This document shows, in pieces, positions 15,627 through 30,184 of a stretch of 64,000 nucleotides of DNA. A program made the position numbers and the translations under genes. Source of the stretch: Octopus vulgaris. Its lineage: Eukaryota. The notes under the pieces were generated by a model. The model saw only the letters and a program-made list of their open reading frames with translations. It searched no databases and had not been told where the DNA came from. The stretch covers positions 48,670,001-48,734,000 of the forward strand of contig OX597826.1 of NCBI GenBank assembly GCA_951406725.2. Direction: 5' to 3'. How positions within the stretch are numbered: position 1 is the first letter of the stretch; the number at the start of each line of letters is the position of its first letter.

Positions 15627-15943
15627 GGAGAGCATGTTTTTTTAATTTTATTTTTATGAGATTTTTGGTGTTTTGGTTGTTTCCCTAACAATATCTTTTG
15701 TCTTTCCTTGTTTTCTCTTTCCAGTGTGCATGTGTGTGGGGGGGTTGAGAGAAAGAGAGAGAGAGGCTGTATGTGCACATTGTTGTTGTTGTTGTTGATG
15801 ATGACGATCATGATGATGTTGGTACCATTCTCTTCTTTTTTTTTAATCCAGAGCAATGGATTGGATGAATGTTGGAAGAACTGGACACTTTGCTGCTGCA
15901 ATTACTGCTTCTATACTGCTGCTGTTGTTGTTGCTGCTGCTGC

Positions 15944-15983
<40 letters not shown>

Positions 15984-16441
15984 AGCGTTGGTGGTATTTT
16001 GTGGATAATAATGGTTAGAGGAAAGGTCTGTTGCTAACCACACAAAGGAAACGCCAACAACTGAAGATAGGGAACTAGAAGGACATCAAGGACAAAACAA
16101 ACGAAAAAAATATAAAAAATACGATAAAAATAAAAATAAAAATAAAAATAGAAATAAAACTATGTTAGCCTTTGTTTTTGTTTTTTTTTTCGAAGAACAA
16201 ATAAAAATAAACAAAGGAAAAATTTGGAATCGTAAACAGAAAAAGAACCCAAAATAAAAGAAAGGACTTCACTGACAATATTCCAGAGTAAAGAGAAAAT
16301 GGATCACTTAAGGTAGGGAGTACAGAAGAATATATCCTGCTCATGAAAAGAAAATGGTATGGAACCAAATGTGCACACGCACACACACACATTCATGTGT
16401 GCACATGTATGCACACTCACACATATACATGTATATAAATT

Positions 16442-16931
16442 CCTGTTTCTTTATTGCCCACAAGGGGCTAAACATAGAGGGGACAAACAAGGACAGACAA
16501 AGAGATTAAGTCGATTAATTCGACTCCAGTGCGTAACTGGTACTTTATTTATCGACCCCGAATGGATGAAAGGCAAAGTCGACCTCGGCAGAATTTGAAC
16601 TCAGAACATAACAGCAGACGAAATACCGCTAAGCATTTCATCTGGTGTGCTAACGTTTCTGCCAGCTCGCCGCCTTTTAAAATATATTCTTTCTTATTTC
16701 TTTATTGCCCACAAGGGGTGAAACACAGAGGGGACAAACAAGGACAGACAAAGGGATTAAGTCAATTAATTCGACCCCAGTGCATAACTGGTACTTAATT
16801 TATTGACCCTGAAAGGATGAAAGGCAAAGTTAACCTCGGCAGAATTTGAACTCAGAACATAATGGCAGACGAAATACTGCTAAGCATTTCGTCCAGCATG
16901 CTAACGGTTCTGCCAACTTGCCGCCTTTTAT
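16442..16931 (-). mobile_element. Head-to-tail dimer of SINE family B within one 13-bp TSD
   Basis: Two ~235-bp copies (16443-16677 and 16695-16928) are reverse-complementary to 961-1191. ATGTATATAAATT flanks the pair at 16429-16441 and 16932-16944. Confidence 0.85.
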
Positions 16932-16945
16932 ATGTATATAAATTG

Positions 16946-18470
16946 TTTTACTCTTTTTCTTGTTTAAGTCATTTGACTACAACCACACTTGAGCACCTCC
17001 TTGAAGGGTTTTAATGAAAGTAATCAACCCCAGGACTTATTCTTTGTAAGTCTAGTACTTATTCTAACAGACTCTTTGGCCAAACCAGCATCAGTTGTCA
17101 AGCGATGTTGGGAGGACAAACATAGACACAAAGATACACAAACATAAATATCAGGTTGAGTAAAAAGTAATCAACGTTTTGAACCATAAAGAATCTGTAT
17201 CGGATTTTTGCAGAGTTTTGAATTTTTTTAAAACATTTTTTTGCAATTGTCTGATAATTCAGACATAGACTTGCCCAGATGCAACAATAAATTAACATTG
17301 ATATTTTTTTCACCATTGTTACAATCATCTGAAATGGAACAGTCAAAGCGTGATGTTCAAGCAATTTTGTTATTCAACTTCAAAAAAGGATGTAAAACAG
17401 CCAAAACTGCTCACGAAATCAACAAAACATTTGATAAAGAAATGAACAGTGAGTGGTCAGCTGGTAAATGGTTTAAACGATTTTGCAGTGGAAACCTGAG
17501 CCTTGAAGATAGTGATGCCCATCTGTCATCGATGACAGCCAATTAAAGATCCACATAAAACCATTCAAGAACTTGCGAAAGAACTTAGAAGTTAGCCAGA
17601 AAACTGCCTGCAACCATTTGCCTGTCATTGGAAAATCAAAATAGCTCAACAAATGGGTACCACACAATTTGAATGAAAACCAGAAAATGTACAGATTTGA
17701 AATTTGCTTGCTGCCTCTTCTCCGTAACCAGACTGATCAATTTCTCGACCATATTATAACTTTGATGAAAGTAGTTTTACCAGAATGAAGCACCAAAACT
17801 CTTCCCTGAATGCAACCTCTTCAAAAAGAAGGTTATGGTGACTGTTTGGTGGTGTACCGCTGGACTCATTTACTATAACTTCTTAAAACCTGGAAAAACC
17901 ATTACTGCAGAAACATATTGCCATGAAATTGCCAAAATGAATGAAAATCTGTTACTCCTCCCTCCCAGACTGGTCAGCTTTATGACAATGCTCAACCACA
18001 CTTTTCACTAATGACACTCCAAAAGTTGAAGAAACTTCGCTACGAAGTTCTTCCCCACCCAGCTTATTCCCCAGACATTTCTCCTACTGACTACCACTTT
18101 TGCAAGTACCTTGATGGTTTCCTGTGAGAGAAGGAGTTCAAAAATCAAACCAATGCCGAATGCGTATTCAAAGAGTTCATCAGCTCCAGAACTCTAGAAC
18201 TCTAGACTTGTAATTCATTGGCAAAAATGTGTTGATTGTAATGGTACTTACTTTGATGAATAAAGTTTATGCATTGTTGAAATGTATTGTGATGAAATTC
18301 ATGTTTCAAAACGTTGCTTACTTTTTATTCAGCCTGATATATGCATATACATACATACACATCTGCCAAATCCACTCACAAGGCTTTGATTGACCTGAGG
18401 CTATAGTAGAAGACACTTGTGCAAGGTGCCACACAGTGGGACTGAGCCCAGAACCACGTGATTAGGGAGT
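16946..18470 (-). mobile_element. SINE family A copy split by the mariner insertion
   Basis: The 3' part (16946-17148) and 5' part (18340-18470) together match the intact copy at 18765-19175. Confidence 0.75.
17151..18337 (+). mobile_element. Full-length decayed mariner (DD34D-type) DNA transposon
   Basis: ~33-bp TIRs TCAGGTTGAGTAAAAAGTAATCAACGTTTTGAA / TTCAAAACGTTGCTTACTTTTTATTCAGCCTGA with TA on both sides. Transposase motifs: MEQSKRDVQAILLFNFKKG...WFKRF..G..SLED, KWVPHNL, KKVMVTVWW, DNAQPH and HPAYSPDISPTDYH, with stops and frameshifts. Confidence 0.95.
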
Positions 18471-18472
18471 TA

Positions 18473-18685
18473 TTTACTTGTTTCAGGCTTGAACTGTGGC
18501 CATGCTGGGGCATTACCTTGAAGGGTTTAGTTGAAAGAAATTACCATTGTACTTAAATTTTTTAACCCTGGAACTCATTCTATTGATTCCCTTTTGCCAA
18601 ACTGCTAATTTATGGGGAAGTTAACAAACCAACTCCAGTTGACAAGCAGTGGTGGGAAACAAACATAAACTCACACACACATATA
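18473..18685 (-). mobile_element. SINE family A 3' fragment, diverged
   Basis: TACTTGTTTCAG...GGCCATGCTGGGGCA...TTTTGCCAAACTGCTAA...ACAAAC matches the family A 3' half. Confidence 0.65.
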
Positions 18686-18700
18686 ATATGGCAGATAGAA

Positions 18701-18736
<36 letters not shown>

Positions 18737-18764
18737 GGAATATTATTCCAAACTGATATATATT

Positions 18765-19175
18765 TACTCTTTTTACTCTTTTACTTGTTTCAGTCATTTG
18801 ACTGCGGCCATGCTGGAGCACCACCTTTAGTCGAGCAAATCAATCCCAGGACTTATTCTTTGTAAGCCTAGTACTTATTCTATCAGTCTCTTTTGCCAAA
18901 CTGCTAAGTTAGGGGGACGTAAACACACCAGCATCGGTTTTCAAGTGATGTTGGGGGGACAAACACAGACACACAAACACACATATATATATACATATAT
19001 ATACATATATACAACAGGCTTCTTTCAGTTTCTGTCTACCAAATCCACTCACAAGGCTTTGGTCAGCCTGAGGCTATAGTAGAAAACACTTGCCCAAGGT
19101 GCCATGCAGTGGGACTGAACCCGGAACCATGTGGTTGGTAAGAAAGCTACTTACCACACAGCCACTCCTGTGCCT
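18765..19175 (-). mobile_element. tRNA-derived SINE family A, full length, with an internal (CA/TA)n
   Basis: Minus-strand head AGGCACAGGAGTGGCTGTGTGGTAAG...GGGTTCAGTCCCACTGCATGGCACCTTGGGCAAGTG and tail ...CAGTCAAATGACTGAAACAAGTAAAAAGAGTAAA. Highly similar to 42365-42768 and 52057-52313. Confidence 0.85.
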
Positions 19176-19227
19176 ACATATATATATTCTTTTATTGTTT
19201 TATTTGTTTCTAGGAAAATTAAATGAT

Positions 19228-19570
19228 TCACCATCATTTAATATCTGTTTTCCATGCTGGCATGGGTTAGACGATTTGACTGAAACTGCTAAGCAAGAGA
19301 GCTGTGCCAGGTTCCAGTTCCATTTGGCATGGTTTCTGCAGCTGAATGCCCTTCCTAATGCCAACCACTCTGAGAGTGTAATGAATGCTCTTTACATGTC
19401 ACCAGCAATTATGTGTCAATTATGTGACACCAGCATCAGTCACGACTATGACTTCATGGCAACAGTCACAATTATGGTTTCACTTGGCTTGATGAGTCTT
19501 CTCAAGCACAGTATATCACCAAGGGCTCGGTGACTTATCGCCTCCATGAGGTCCAGCATTTGAAAATCAT
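19228..19570 (-). mobile_element. Internally deleted RTE 3' end fragment
   Basis: The tail module (19228-19410) is joined to the RTE ORF end (TCACTTGGCTTG..GTCTTCTCAAGCACAG, 19475-19570), as in 20612-20700. Confidence 0.65.
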
Positions 19571-19834
19571 TTCAAAGATCATGCTACCTGCAAAAAGAAC
19601 AAGGAATTCTTGGATAGATAATTTGTTGCCAATTTCATTTTGCCATCTGTATTATTTTTGTTGTTCTTTTCTTCTTTTTCTTTCTTTTTTTTATGCTCTT
19701 CGGAATGGCATGAGTGATGATGAGGAAGAAGGAATCTTCTAATTCTAACTGATGATTTTAAAAACTCACCTTCTTGAGAATTTCAACAAAAGAGTTGTAT
19801 ACATAGATACACACAGTCACACACACACACACAT

Positions 19835-21240
19835 ATCATCATCATCATCATTTAACATCCGCTTTCCATACTGGCATGGGTTGGACGGTTTGACTGCGGA
19901 CTGGTGAGCCAGAGGCTGTACCAGGCTCAATCTGATCTGGCAAAGTTTATACAGTTGGATGCCCTTCGTAATGCCAACCACTCTGAGCGTGTAGTGGGTG
20001 CTTTTACGTGCCAGTCAGGTAGTTCTGGCAATGATCATGCTCAAAAGGTGTTTTTACATGCTGCCTGCTTGGGAGACACTCCGGCAACACTGGCAACGAC
20101 CACACTCGAATGTTGTTTCTCACGTGCCACCAGCACATGTGCCAGTAAGGCAATGCTGGCAACGATCATGCTTGAATGGTGCTTTCCACATGTCACTAGC
20201 ACAGGAGCCAATCCGTGGCCCTGGCAACAATCATGCTCGGATATGCTTCTTTTAACGTTCCACTGGCACAAGCACCAATCAGGCAGTACTGTCATCGGCC
20301 ACATCAGTGATTTTGATTTATTTACATTTGCCTGAATAGCTCTTTGCAAGCAAAGTTCATTGTCCAATGAATGAGGGGCACTCATAAGTGGGCCGGTTAC
20401 ACCCCACATTCGGATGTGCTTTTAAAGTTCCACTGGCACAAGTGCCAATCAGTCGGTACTATCGTCGGCCATGTCAGCAATTTTGATTTTGATTTCGATT
20501 TTGATTTCTCTTGCCTCAATAGGTCTTCACAAGCAAGGTTTATTTTCCAATGAATGAGGGGTATTCATAAATGGGCTGTTTACACCCACTGGCATAGGCC
20601 ATGGGCTATGGTCTCACTTGGCTTGTCGGGTCTTCTCAAGCACAGCAAATCTCCAAAGGCCCTGGTCACTAGGCATTGCCTTGTTAAGGCCCAATGTTCG
20701 AAGGTCTTGCTTCACCACCTCATCCCAGGTCTTCCCGGGTCTACCTTTTCCAGAAGTTCCCTCAGTTGCTAAGGTGGGACACTTTTTCACACAGCTGTCA
20801 CAACACATGACCATGCCAGCCCAGCCGTCTCTCTTGCACACCACATCTGATGCTTCTTAAATCCAACTTTTCTCTCATGGTGCTTACACTCTGTTGTGTA
20901 TGTACACTGACATTACACATCCAGCAGAGCATACCTGCTTCATTCCTTGCAAGCTTATGCATGCCCTCAGCAGTCACGGCCCATACTTCACTGCCTACTT
21001 GCACAGCTGTTTGCACACATGCAACATACAGTCTACCTTTTACTCTAAGCGAGAGGTCCTTTGTCACCAGCAGAGGTAGGTGTGCTCTGAATTTTGCCCA
21101 GGTTATTCTTATTCTAGCAACTACACTTTTCAAGCATCCACCCCTGCAACTGACTTGGTCCCCTAAGTAATGGAAGCTATCAACTACTTCTAGTTTTTCT
21201 CCCTGGAATGTGACAGAAGCTGTTCTCTGCACATTTTCTG
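19835..21240 (-). mobile_element. 5'-truncated RTE-clade LINE: RT C-terminus, modular 3' UTR and (GAT)n tail
   Basis: ORF 20798-21232 LEVVDSFHYLGD...RIRITWAKF...KGRLY...GSEVW...MLCWMC...RRLGWHGHV and ORF 20614-20844 GRPGKTWDEVVKQDLRTLGL are typical of RTE. A UTR follows, ending GGATGTTAAATGATGATG. Confidence 0.9.
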
Positions 21241-21289
21241 TGTTTATATATGTATATATATATAATTATGTGTGTGTGTGTGTGTATTT

Positions 21290-21503
21290 TTGGGTGTAAG
21301 TGACTGCATGTGTATCATTGGCGATTTTCTTTTTCCATCTTCTCTTCTTTGGACTTTTTCTATATTTCTGACGAAGAGCTCCGCTCGAAATGTGAAATCC
21401 TCTTTCTTTTCTCTCCTTTCCTGAGCATCCAAAAGCACTGTACTTGTTCCACATCCTCGTGTTGTTGTTTTTTCTTGCTTGCTCATGTTTGGATTGACTA
21501 CAT
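21290..21503 (+). mobile_element. Short Penelope-like pLTR-type insert in (TG)/(TA)n with a degenerate hammerhead motif
   Basis: 21365-21397 reads TTT-CTGACGA-A-GAGC-TCC-GCTC-GAAA-TGTG-AAA. The downstream TTCCTGAG...CCAC...CTCGT/TTCGT tail resembles 51477-51680 (-). Confidence 0.6.
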
Positions 21504-21524
21504 TATATATATACAGATGTATAC

Positions 21525-21559
<35 letters not shown>

Positions 21560-22092
21560 TGTATGTATGTATGTATGTATGTATGTATGCATGTATGTAT
21601 GTATGTATGTATATGTATATGTATGTATGTATATGTATGTATGTATATGTATAGATATATGTATGTATATATACATATATACATATATATATATGTATGT
21701 ATTTTTATATGTATATATATATATGTATATATAGCTAGAGAGAAAAAGATGTGTGTGTATGTAAATGTATGTATATATACATACATACATATATATATAT
21801 ATCTTTAGCTGGGCTAAAAAGTCACATTCGATCACAGCACCAATAACAGTTAAGCTTCGTGCAATGGCCATACTCAATAACGAGGGGGCAGCCATTATGT
21901 ATGTATGTATGTATGTACGTATATATATATATATATATATATATCATCATCACTACCATCATTATCATTATCTTGATCATCATCAGCATCTTCATCATTA
22001 CTGCCACCACCATCATCATCCTCATCTTCATTTTATTTTAAATAGATGACATTCTTACAATAATGAATGAGAGAAGTAGTAGAGATGCTCAC

Positions 22093-22125
<33 letters not shown>

Positions 22126-23894
22126 AGAGAGAGAAAGAGAGAGAAAAAAGAGAGAAACAGAATGAGAGAAAGGGAGAGAAGAAGCAAAGTGTGTCGTTTG
22201 AGAGAGAATTGCAAATTGTTAGACTAGCTGGGAGCAATAGCAAAGATGGTGATGACAGCTGTTTCTGTTATTGTTGTTTTTACTGTTGTTTAGTGCCTGT
22301 CAACCCAGGGGCAAAACAACAATGTAGATTGAGCAGATAAAAGTGTTCAATGGTCAAAGTTCGTAGATCAATTTTATACAGTGTGTCCTTCATCTTACAA
22401 GACTGTAGGGTGAGATTTGAGACAGTGTTAGCTGCTAATTCTAGCAGGTCTGAATAATGCATAGAGGCTCCTTCATTGGTTTGATGATATTGTAAATGGA
22501 AGAGGAGAGAAATGGAAATAAGGGAATGAAAGATAGAGAGAGAGAGAGAGGGGCAAAGAGAATAGAGAGAGAGGAGATGGAAAGAGGGAAAGAAACAAAA
22601 AGACAGAGAGAATCAGAGGAAGAGAAAAAGAGAGAGAAGGGGAAGCATACAGACAGACAGACAGAAGAGGAAAAGATGAGAAAAAGAGAGATTGATGCAG
22701 AGAGAGAAAAGACAGAGAAAGAGACAAAGAAAGACAGACTGATGGACAGACGGACGGACAGACAGATAGACAAAGACTGAGGCAGACAGACAGACAAAGG
22801 CAGCGGCAGACAGACAGACAGAAAGAGAGAAGAGGGAAAGATGTGAGGAGAGACTAACAGACAGAGAGAAAAGGACACAGAGAGAAAGAGAGAAAGGAGG
22901 AAAGTTAAGAGAAGGAGAGAGGCAGGGAGAATTACTCACTTAAGAGATGAGATGGATTGTAAGAGTGATTGAAAGAGAAAGAGAGAGAGAGAGATTAATA
23001 GAATGACAGAATCATATGAACAGAATGGTGGTGGCGGCAGTGGTGATGGTGGTGGTGGTGGTTTTGGCGGCAGTGGTGGTGGTGGTTTTGGCGGCAGTGG
23101 TGGTGGTTTTGGCAGCAGTGGTGGTGGTGGTGGTAGTGGTGGTGGATGTCATCGGCGTTGTGGTGGCAGCAGCAGTGGTGGTGGAAGTTGTCATCGTCAT
23201 TGCTGTCATTGTCATGATTATCATCATCATCATCATCATCGCTGTTGTCATAGTGGTGGTGGTGGTGGTGGTGGTGGTGGTGGCGGCAGTGGTGGCGGCG
23301 GCGGTGGTGGTGGACAGAAGTGATGAGGATAGGAAGAAGGAGGCAGGAGAAATTTCGAAAAATTGACAACGATCATGTGTCTTTTGTTGACACAGAGATT
23401 TTGCACTGCATGTGCATAAAAGCCTGCAGGATATGCAAGTGGTGTGGACAGCAACTGAAAATCTATGGCATTCTTCTGCTGGTGCTTCTGGTGCTGCCGT
23501 TTCTGCTGCATGAGTTGCTGCCGGTGCTGTTATTGTTGCCTGAATGCTGACCAGCCTGCTGGACATGCATCTATGCAATGCAAACGAGTGAAGCTGCTAT
23601 CTGCAAAAAGCTATGAGAAATATGTGTCAACTCATAAACTGATGCACATAGATGCATATAAAAATGCATATAAATACATATATATATATATATAGATAGA
23701 TAGATAGATAGATAAAAAAACATACGTGCAGTAAACAAAAGGATGTTCTGATGTGCATTGCACAAAGATAACACAGCTGTCACTGATTTCTGTTGCGGCA
23801 AAATGCATATGTGTGCAAATAGTAACACTTAACTGCACACACTCGCATATATATAGCTTATATGTGTATGCACAGGCATGTATGTAGATATGTG

Positions 23895-25640
<1,746 letters not shown>

Positions 25641-27259
25641 ATGGAAAAAAAGTGAGAAAGAGAGAATGGAAGAGATAGAGAAACAGACAGATGGTCAGAT
25701 GGACAGACAGAATGGGAGTAAGAAGGTTTCTGTAGTGGTCAGTAAAGAATTTTAAACCACATTTTGGACAATACAGAAAAAACAGACCAAAATATTTACA
25801 CACACACACACGCACATGCACGAACACATAATAACACACATGCACACATACACACAAACATATGCACACCCATAGAACTACACTTAAACCATGTAGATGC
25901 TCCCACAATATCCATTAACACCATCACCACCACCACCATCACCATAACAACAACAACAACAACAACAGCTGCAAGAATCAGTGCATCATCAACAATAACA
26001 ACGGCGACAACAACTACAACTGCCATAGTCACAAAACAATGATGATCGATAACAACAACAACTGCAACAATAAAAAGAATAACAACAACACCAACAACAA
26101 CAACAACAACAATGAGAATAACAACAACACCACCACCAACAATGATAATAATAATAATAATAATAATAGCAAGAACATCGACATCAAAAATATGAGAAGC
26201 AACAACAACAATAATCCCAAAACAACAACGATCAATAGCAATAAAAAATAATCGCAACAACAATAACGAGAACAACAACAAACAACAACAGTAACAATAA
26301 AAACAACAAACCGACAACAACAACAACAACAGCAACAACAAAAAGGTAAGGAAAGCATATAAAGACCAGAGCAGTGTCATCTAACATGGCACTACCCCGA
26401 CCCACTCCCTCCACTTGACCAAGATTGGAATAAACAAGGAATCCTACTTCACACTAAAAGACGAAGCTTAAACTTGCTGGATTCTATATTCCTCCCGTCA
26501 GCTGGATAGTGGCGCTACCGAAGTTGGGTCCAGTGAGTGATTAACTCTTTTCATGCATCTTTGCTTTCTTGGAGTATTTTTTGATGTTTTGTTGTTGTTG
26601 CTGTTGTTGTTGTCGTTGTTGTTGTTGTTGATATTTGTGTTCTTTATGCACCCGCGTCTCTGAACTGCTCCGGTACCGCTCTTTTTCAGCTGCAGTGTTT
26701 TGCATCACTCCGCTGCACTCCGCTGCTTGCTCTCCACTGCACTCGTCTCTGTGTTTATCAGTTTATCGCACATAGACATACTGGGATAGATATGGCAAGC
26801 TGGTTTGCTTGCTGGTTTGCTGGTAGGCAGGAGGAGAGAGGCGGGCAGGCAGGCGGACAGGCAGGCAGGAAGGCGGGCAGGCAGAAAGACAAGAAGACTG
26901 GTTGACAGGCAGAGAGAATCTGATGGTTAGTCGGACAGACATACCAACCGACAGGCTGACGAGCTGGCAGACAAAAAGAGAGATGGGCTGGACTGACTGT
27001 TCTGGTCTATTGTAATGAAAGACAGATAGACAGATAAACAGAGAGACCAACACACACACAGACAGGCAGATAGACAGGAGAAAAGGACACACAGACAACT
27101 GAATGGATATGCAGATGGATGGATGGATGGATAGATTGAAGGATAAATGGATGGATAGCAAAGGAGAGAGGGAAAGAATTCATATATATAAATAGCTAGA
27201 TAGATAGACCAATAGACAAATAGATAAACAGATAGACAGACAGACAGGTAGATAGATAC

Positions 27260-27330
<71 letters not shown>

Positions 27331-27416
27331 GATAGACACAAAAATTAGTAGACAGACAAACACACAGACAGTTAGATAGATAGACAGATAGATAGATAGA
27401 TAAATAGACAGACAGT

Positions 27417-27464
<48 letters not shown>

Positions 27465-27702
27465 CAGATAGACAATAGATTGATAGATATAAATATGCAA
27501 ACATATGGCATGGGTAGAGACAAACAAGCAGATTTGTTGTGTAAGCAGCCAGAGTAGTGTTAGATGAACATAGCAATAGATTTTATTATATCAATAACAA
27601 CTTTATATTTCTGATGATGCTGACGATGATAATGATGATGACGCTGAGTGTGTACGTGAGTCCATCCAATCTGACATGAATGCACATGTATGTGTACTGT
27701 CC

Positions 27703-27742
<40 letters not shown>

Positions 27743-27799
27743 ATGTATATATACATATATATATATGTATATGTATATATCTGTATATATATCATATAT

Positions 27800-27852
<53 letters not shown>

Positions 27853-28126
27853 TATATGTATATGTATATATCTATCTATATATATAAAAGAACGGTAAGA
27901 ATATATATATATATCTGTATATTAGTTTTCTAATTTGAATGGTAAAAGATGTGGTACTGCTTTTTGTTCTATTTCGCTAAATGGTTTACTGCAGATGCAG
28001 TGTTCAAATTCTGCCTGTGATGTTGCAACTATTTTCCTTCTATATTTTGTGTGTGTGTGTGTGTGAGAGAGAGAGTTTGTGTTGTGTGTGTATGTATGTG
28101 TGTGTGTGTATATATATATATATATA

Positions 28127-28167
<41 letters not shown>

Positions 28168-28730
28168 GTGTACATATATATTAAACATGTTTATATATAC
28201 ACAGATATGGAAAGCCCTTCAGAGCACTAACTGTCTTGGGAGAGAAGTTCTCTTTATAGACAATATATGTAAAAAAAACATGCCAAGCTGGGCCTTGAAT
28301 GATGTCATTAGACTGTTGGACATATGTCTCTGTGTTGTTATGTTTCATCAGCTGCAGACAACAAATCCATCATTCATACATCCCACTTTCATTCTAATAT
28401 ATGTACAGCAAATGACAAATTTGCTGGTGTGTCCAAAGCTCTGTCAAGCTGGATATGTGTGTGTATATTTGCATGAATACATATATGCTTGGCGTAGTGG
28501 GTAGGAGCAAAATACTTCATTTCCCATTGCTCTATAATGATTTTGACATATGACATGTGGCACCCTTGTGCACCTGTACAGGCAATGTCGATTTGATGAA
28601 GAGAGTGAGCCTATGTAAGCACAAACATTAAAACCCTATAAGCAAATCATCTGTGTAGTAATTGAGCAAGAAATTGTGAAACTTTCCATCATATAACAAG
28701 AAAATCCACAGCATACATATATACATATAC

Positions 28731-28764
<34 letters not shown>

Positions 28765-28791
28765 GTATATATATATATATATATAAATATA

Positions 28792-28837
<46 letters not shown>

Positions 28838-28857
28838 TATATATCAAATGGATAAAG

Positions 28858-29145
28858 AACGACCATGGGATTGTACCTAGAAAGTTCCCCTCTGAAGCAC
28901 AGGTCCAGGCAAGGTTGTTTATGAGAGGCTAGCAGCCACCCATGCAAACCAGCCCCCCTCCCCTCTCCACGCAACTGATGTTATCCAAGGGAAAGGCAAA
29001 GGTGAATGCATCTTGGCACCAGTGACGTTGCAACTCATTTCTACAGCTGAGCGAACTGGAGCAATAACACACCACACAGCCTTGTCTGGGAATCGAACTC
29101 TCCCTCATGATCATGAGCCTGATGCTCTGACCACTGAGCCATGTG
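28858..29145 (-). mobile_element. tRNA-derived SINE with a family C-type head and a different body/tail
   Basis: Minus-strand head ACATGGCTCAGTGGTCAGAGCATCAGGCTCATGATC...GAGTTCGATTCCCAGAC, then GCTCCAGTTCGCTCAGCTG, then CCTTTGCCTTTCCCTTGGATAACATCAG...CCCATGGTCG. Confidence 0.7.
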
Positions 29146-29199
29146 ATGTATATACATATACAGACATTAAAACAAAGATGATAATGCTGATGATACATA

Positions 29200-29710
29200 C
29201 CATAAATCCTCAAGTATAATCCGCATTTTTCCCCAAAAAATTTAAAGGTCAAAATCCCTAGTGCATACTATATACAAGGTTAAAAATGAAAAATATTTTC
29301 TAAGCAATGTCCAATCTCTATTTGCTGTCCGGCAATGTCTATTCAGATGCATTTTGTGATGTTGGACACGAAAATACCTTTAGCTAAGCCTCAAAGCAAT
29401 GTAGTCGTAAAAGAATCATCCATAACTTTCAGTAAGCAACATTTATTAAACGTTATTACTGTTATTTCTTTATTTTCTGCAAACAAAATGCACAAAAAAG
29501 CTACACATTTGTATTATGTTATATATACAATAATAATAAAGGATGTTACCGTATACAGTTTTACAAACCAAGGACGTAATATAGACCTCCTTGACTCACA
29601 TTAGAGAAGGGGTGCGTATTATACACAAGGTTTAGGTTTTCAGAGGTACAGCCACCTAAAAATCCCCTGCGTATTATTTTCAAGGGCAGACTATACTCTA
29701 GGATTTACAG
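29200..29710. mobile_element. Non-autonomous Tc/pogo-like DNA element (CCGTA-type termini)
   Basis: 25-bp imperfect TIRs (19/25): CCATAAATCCTCAAGTATAATCCGC versus reverse complement CTGTAAATCCTAGAGTATAGTCTGC. TA flanks both sides, and subterminal TGCGTATTAT(A)C-like repeats are present. Confidence 0.75.
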
Positions 29711-30184
29711 TATTAGGTAATAAGTGCTAAAAGACAAGCAATCACAGGTGTATGGAATATATATCCACGTGATTTTTTATATAATTTTATATGATGCAAT
29801 TGTTATAACATAAAATTATGTAACAATTCATGTAAATACAAACTATTTTTCTTTCCAGCTCAACTGCTTCTGTTGTTCCTACTCTGATTAAGTAGTAGGG
29901 TTGGGGTTTTAAGAATTTGAACCCTACTTTTGTTCCAATGGTTTCCGAGTCATAATTCTACAGGAGCTTTCTGAAAATGTGTGTAGGAGTTAGGGTTTTG
30001 TATTCATGTATTTTTTTGGGAGCATGACGGTATGGGTGGGTGACCAAATGCTTAAGCTCATGTTAGGGTGCATACGTGTCTGTGTTTAGCTTTGTGTATG
30101 TTTAAACTTTTTACTGGGTTATCAGGATATGGTGGTGAAAGAACCATAAGTGGAGAACTGTTGATAGTCATAATTGGGCCCTTA

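Noticed and set aside
20025-20290. 65-bp periodic units resembling a CRISPR array
   Set aside because: The whole unit is similar between copies (no unique spacers), the repeats are diverged, the context is a eukaryotic LINE UTR and there are no cas genes.
23012-23578. 188-aa minus-strand ORF with a Cys-rich unique N-terminal half
   Set aside because: No recognisable domain; half is (ACC)n repeat and the overlapping frames are equally open.
29930-29975. Hammerhead relic downstream of the GIY-YIG fragment (minus strand CTGTAGA...GAAACC)
   Set aside because: The core is mutated and stems I and II cannot be formed convincingly.
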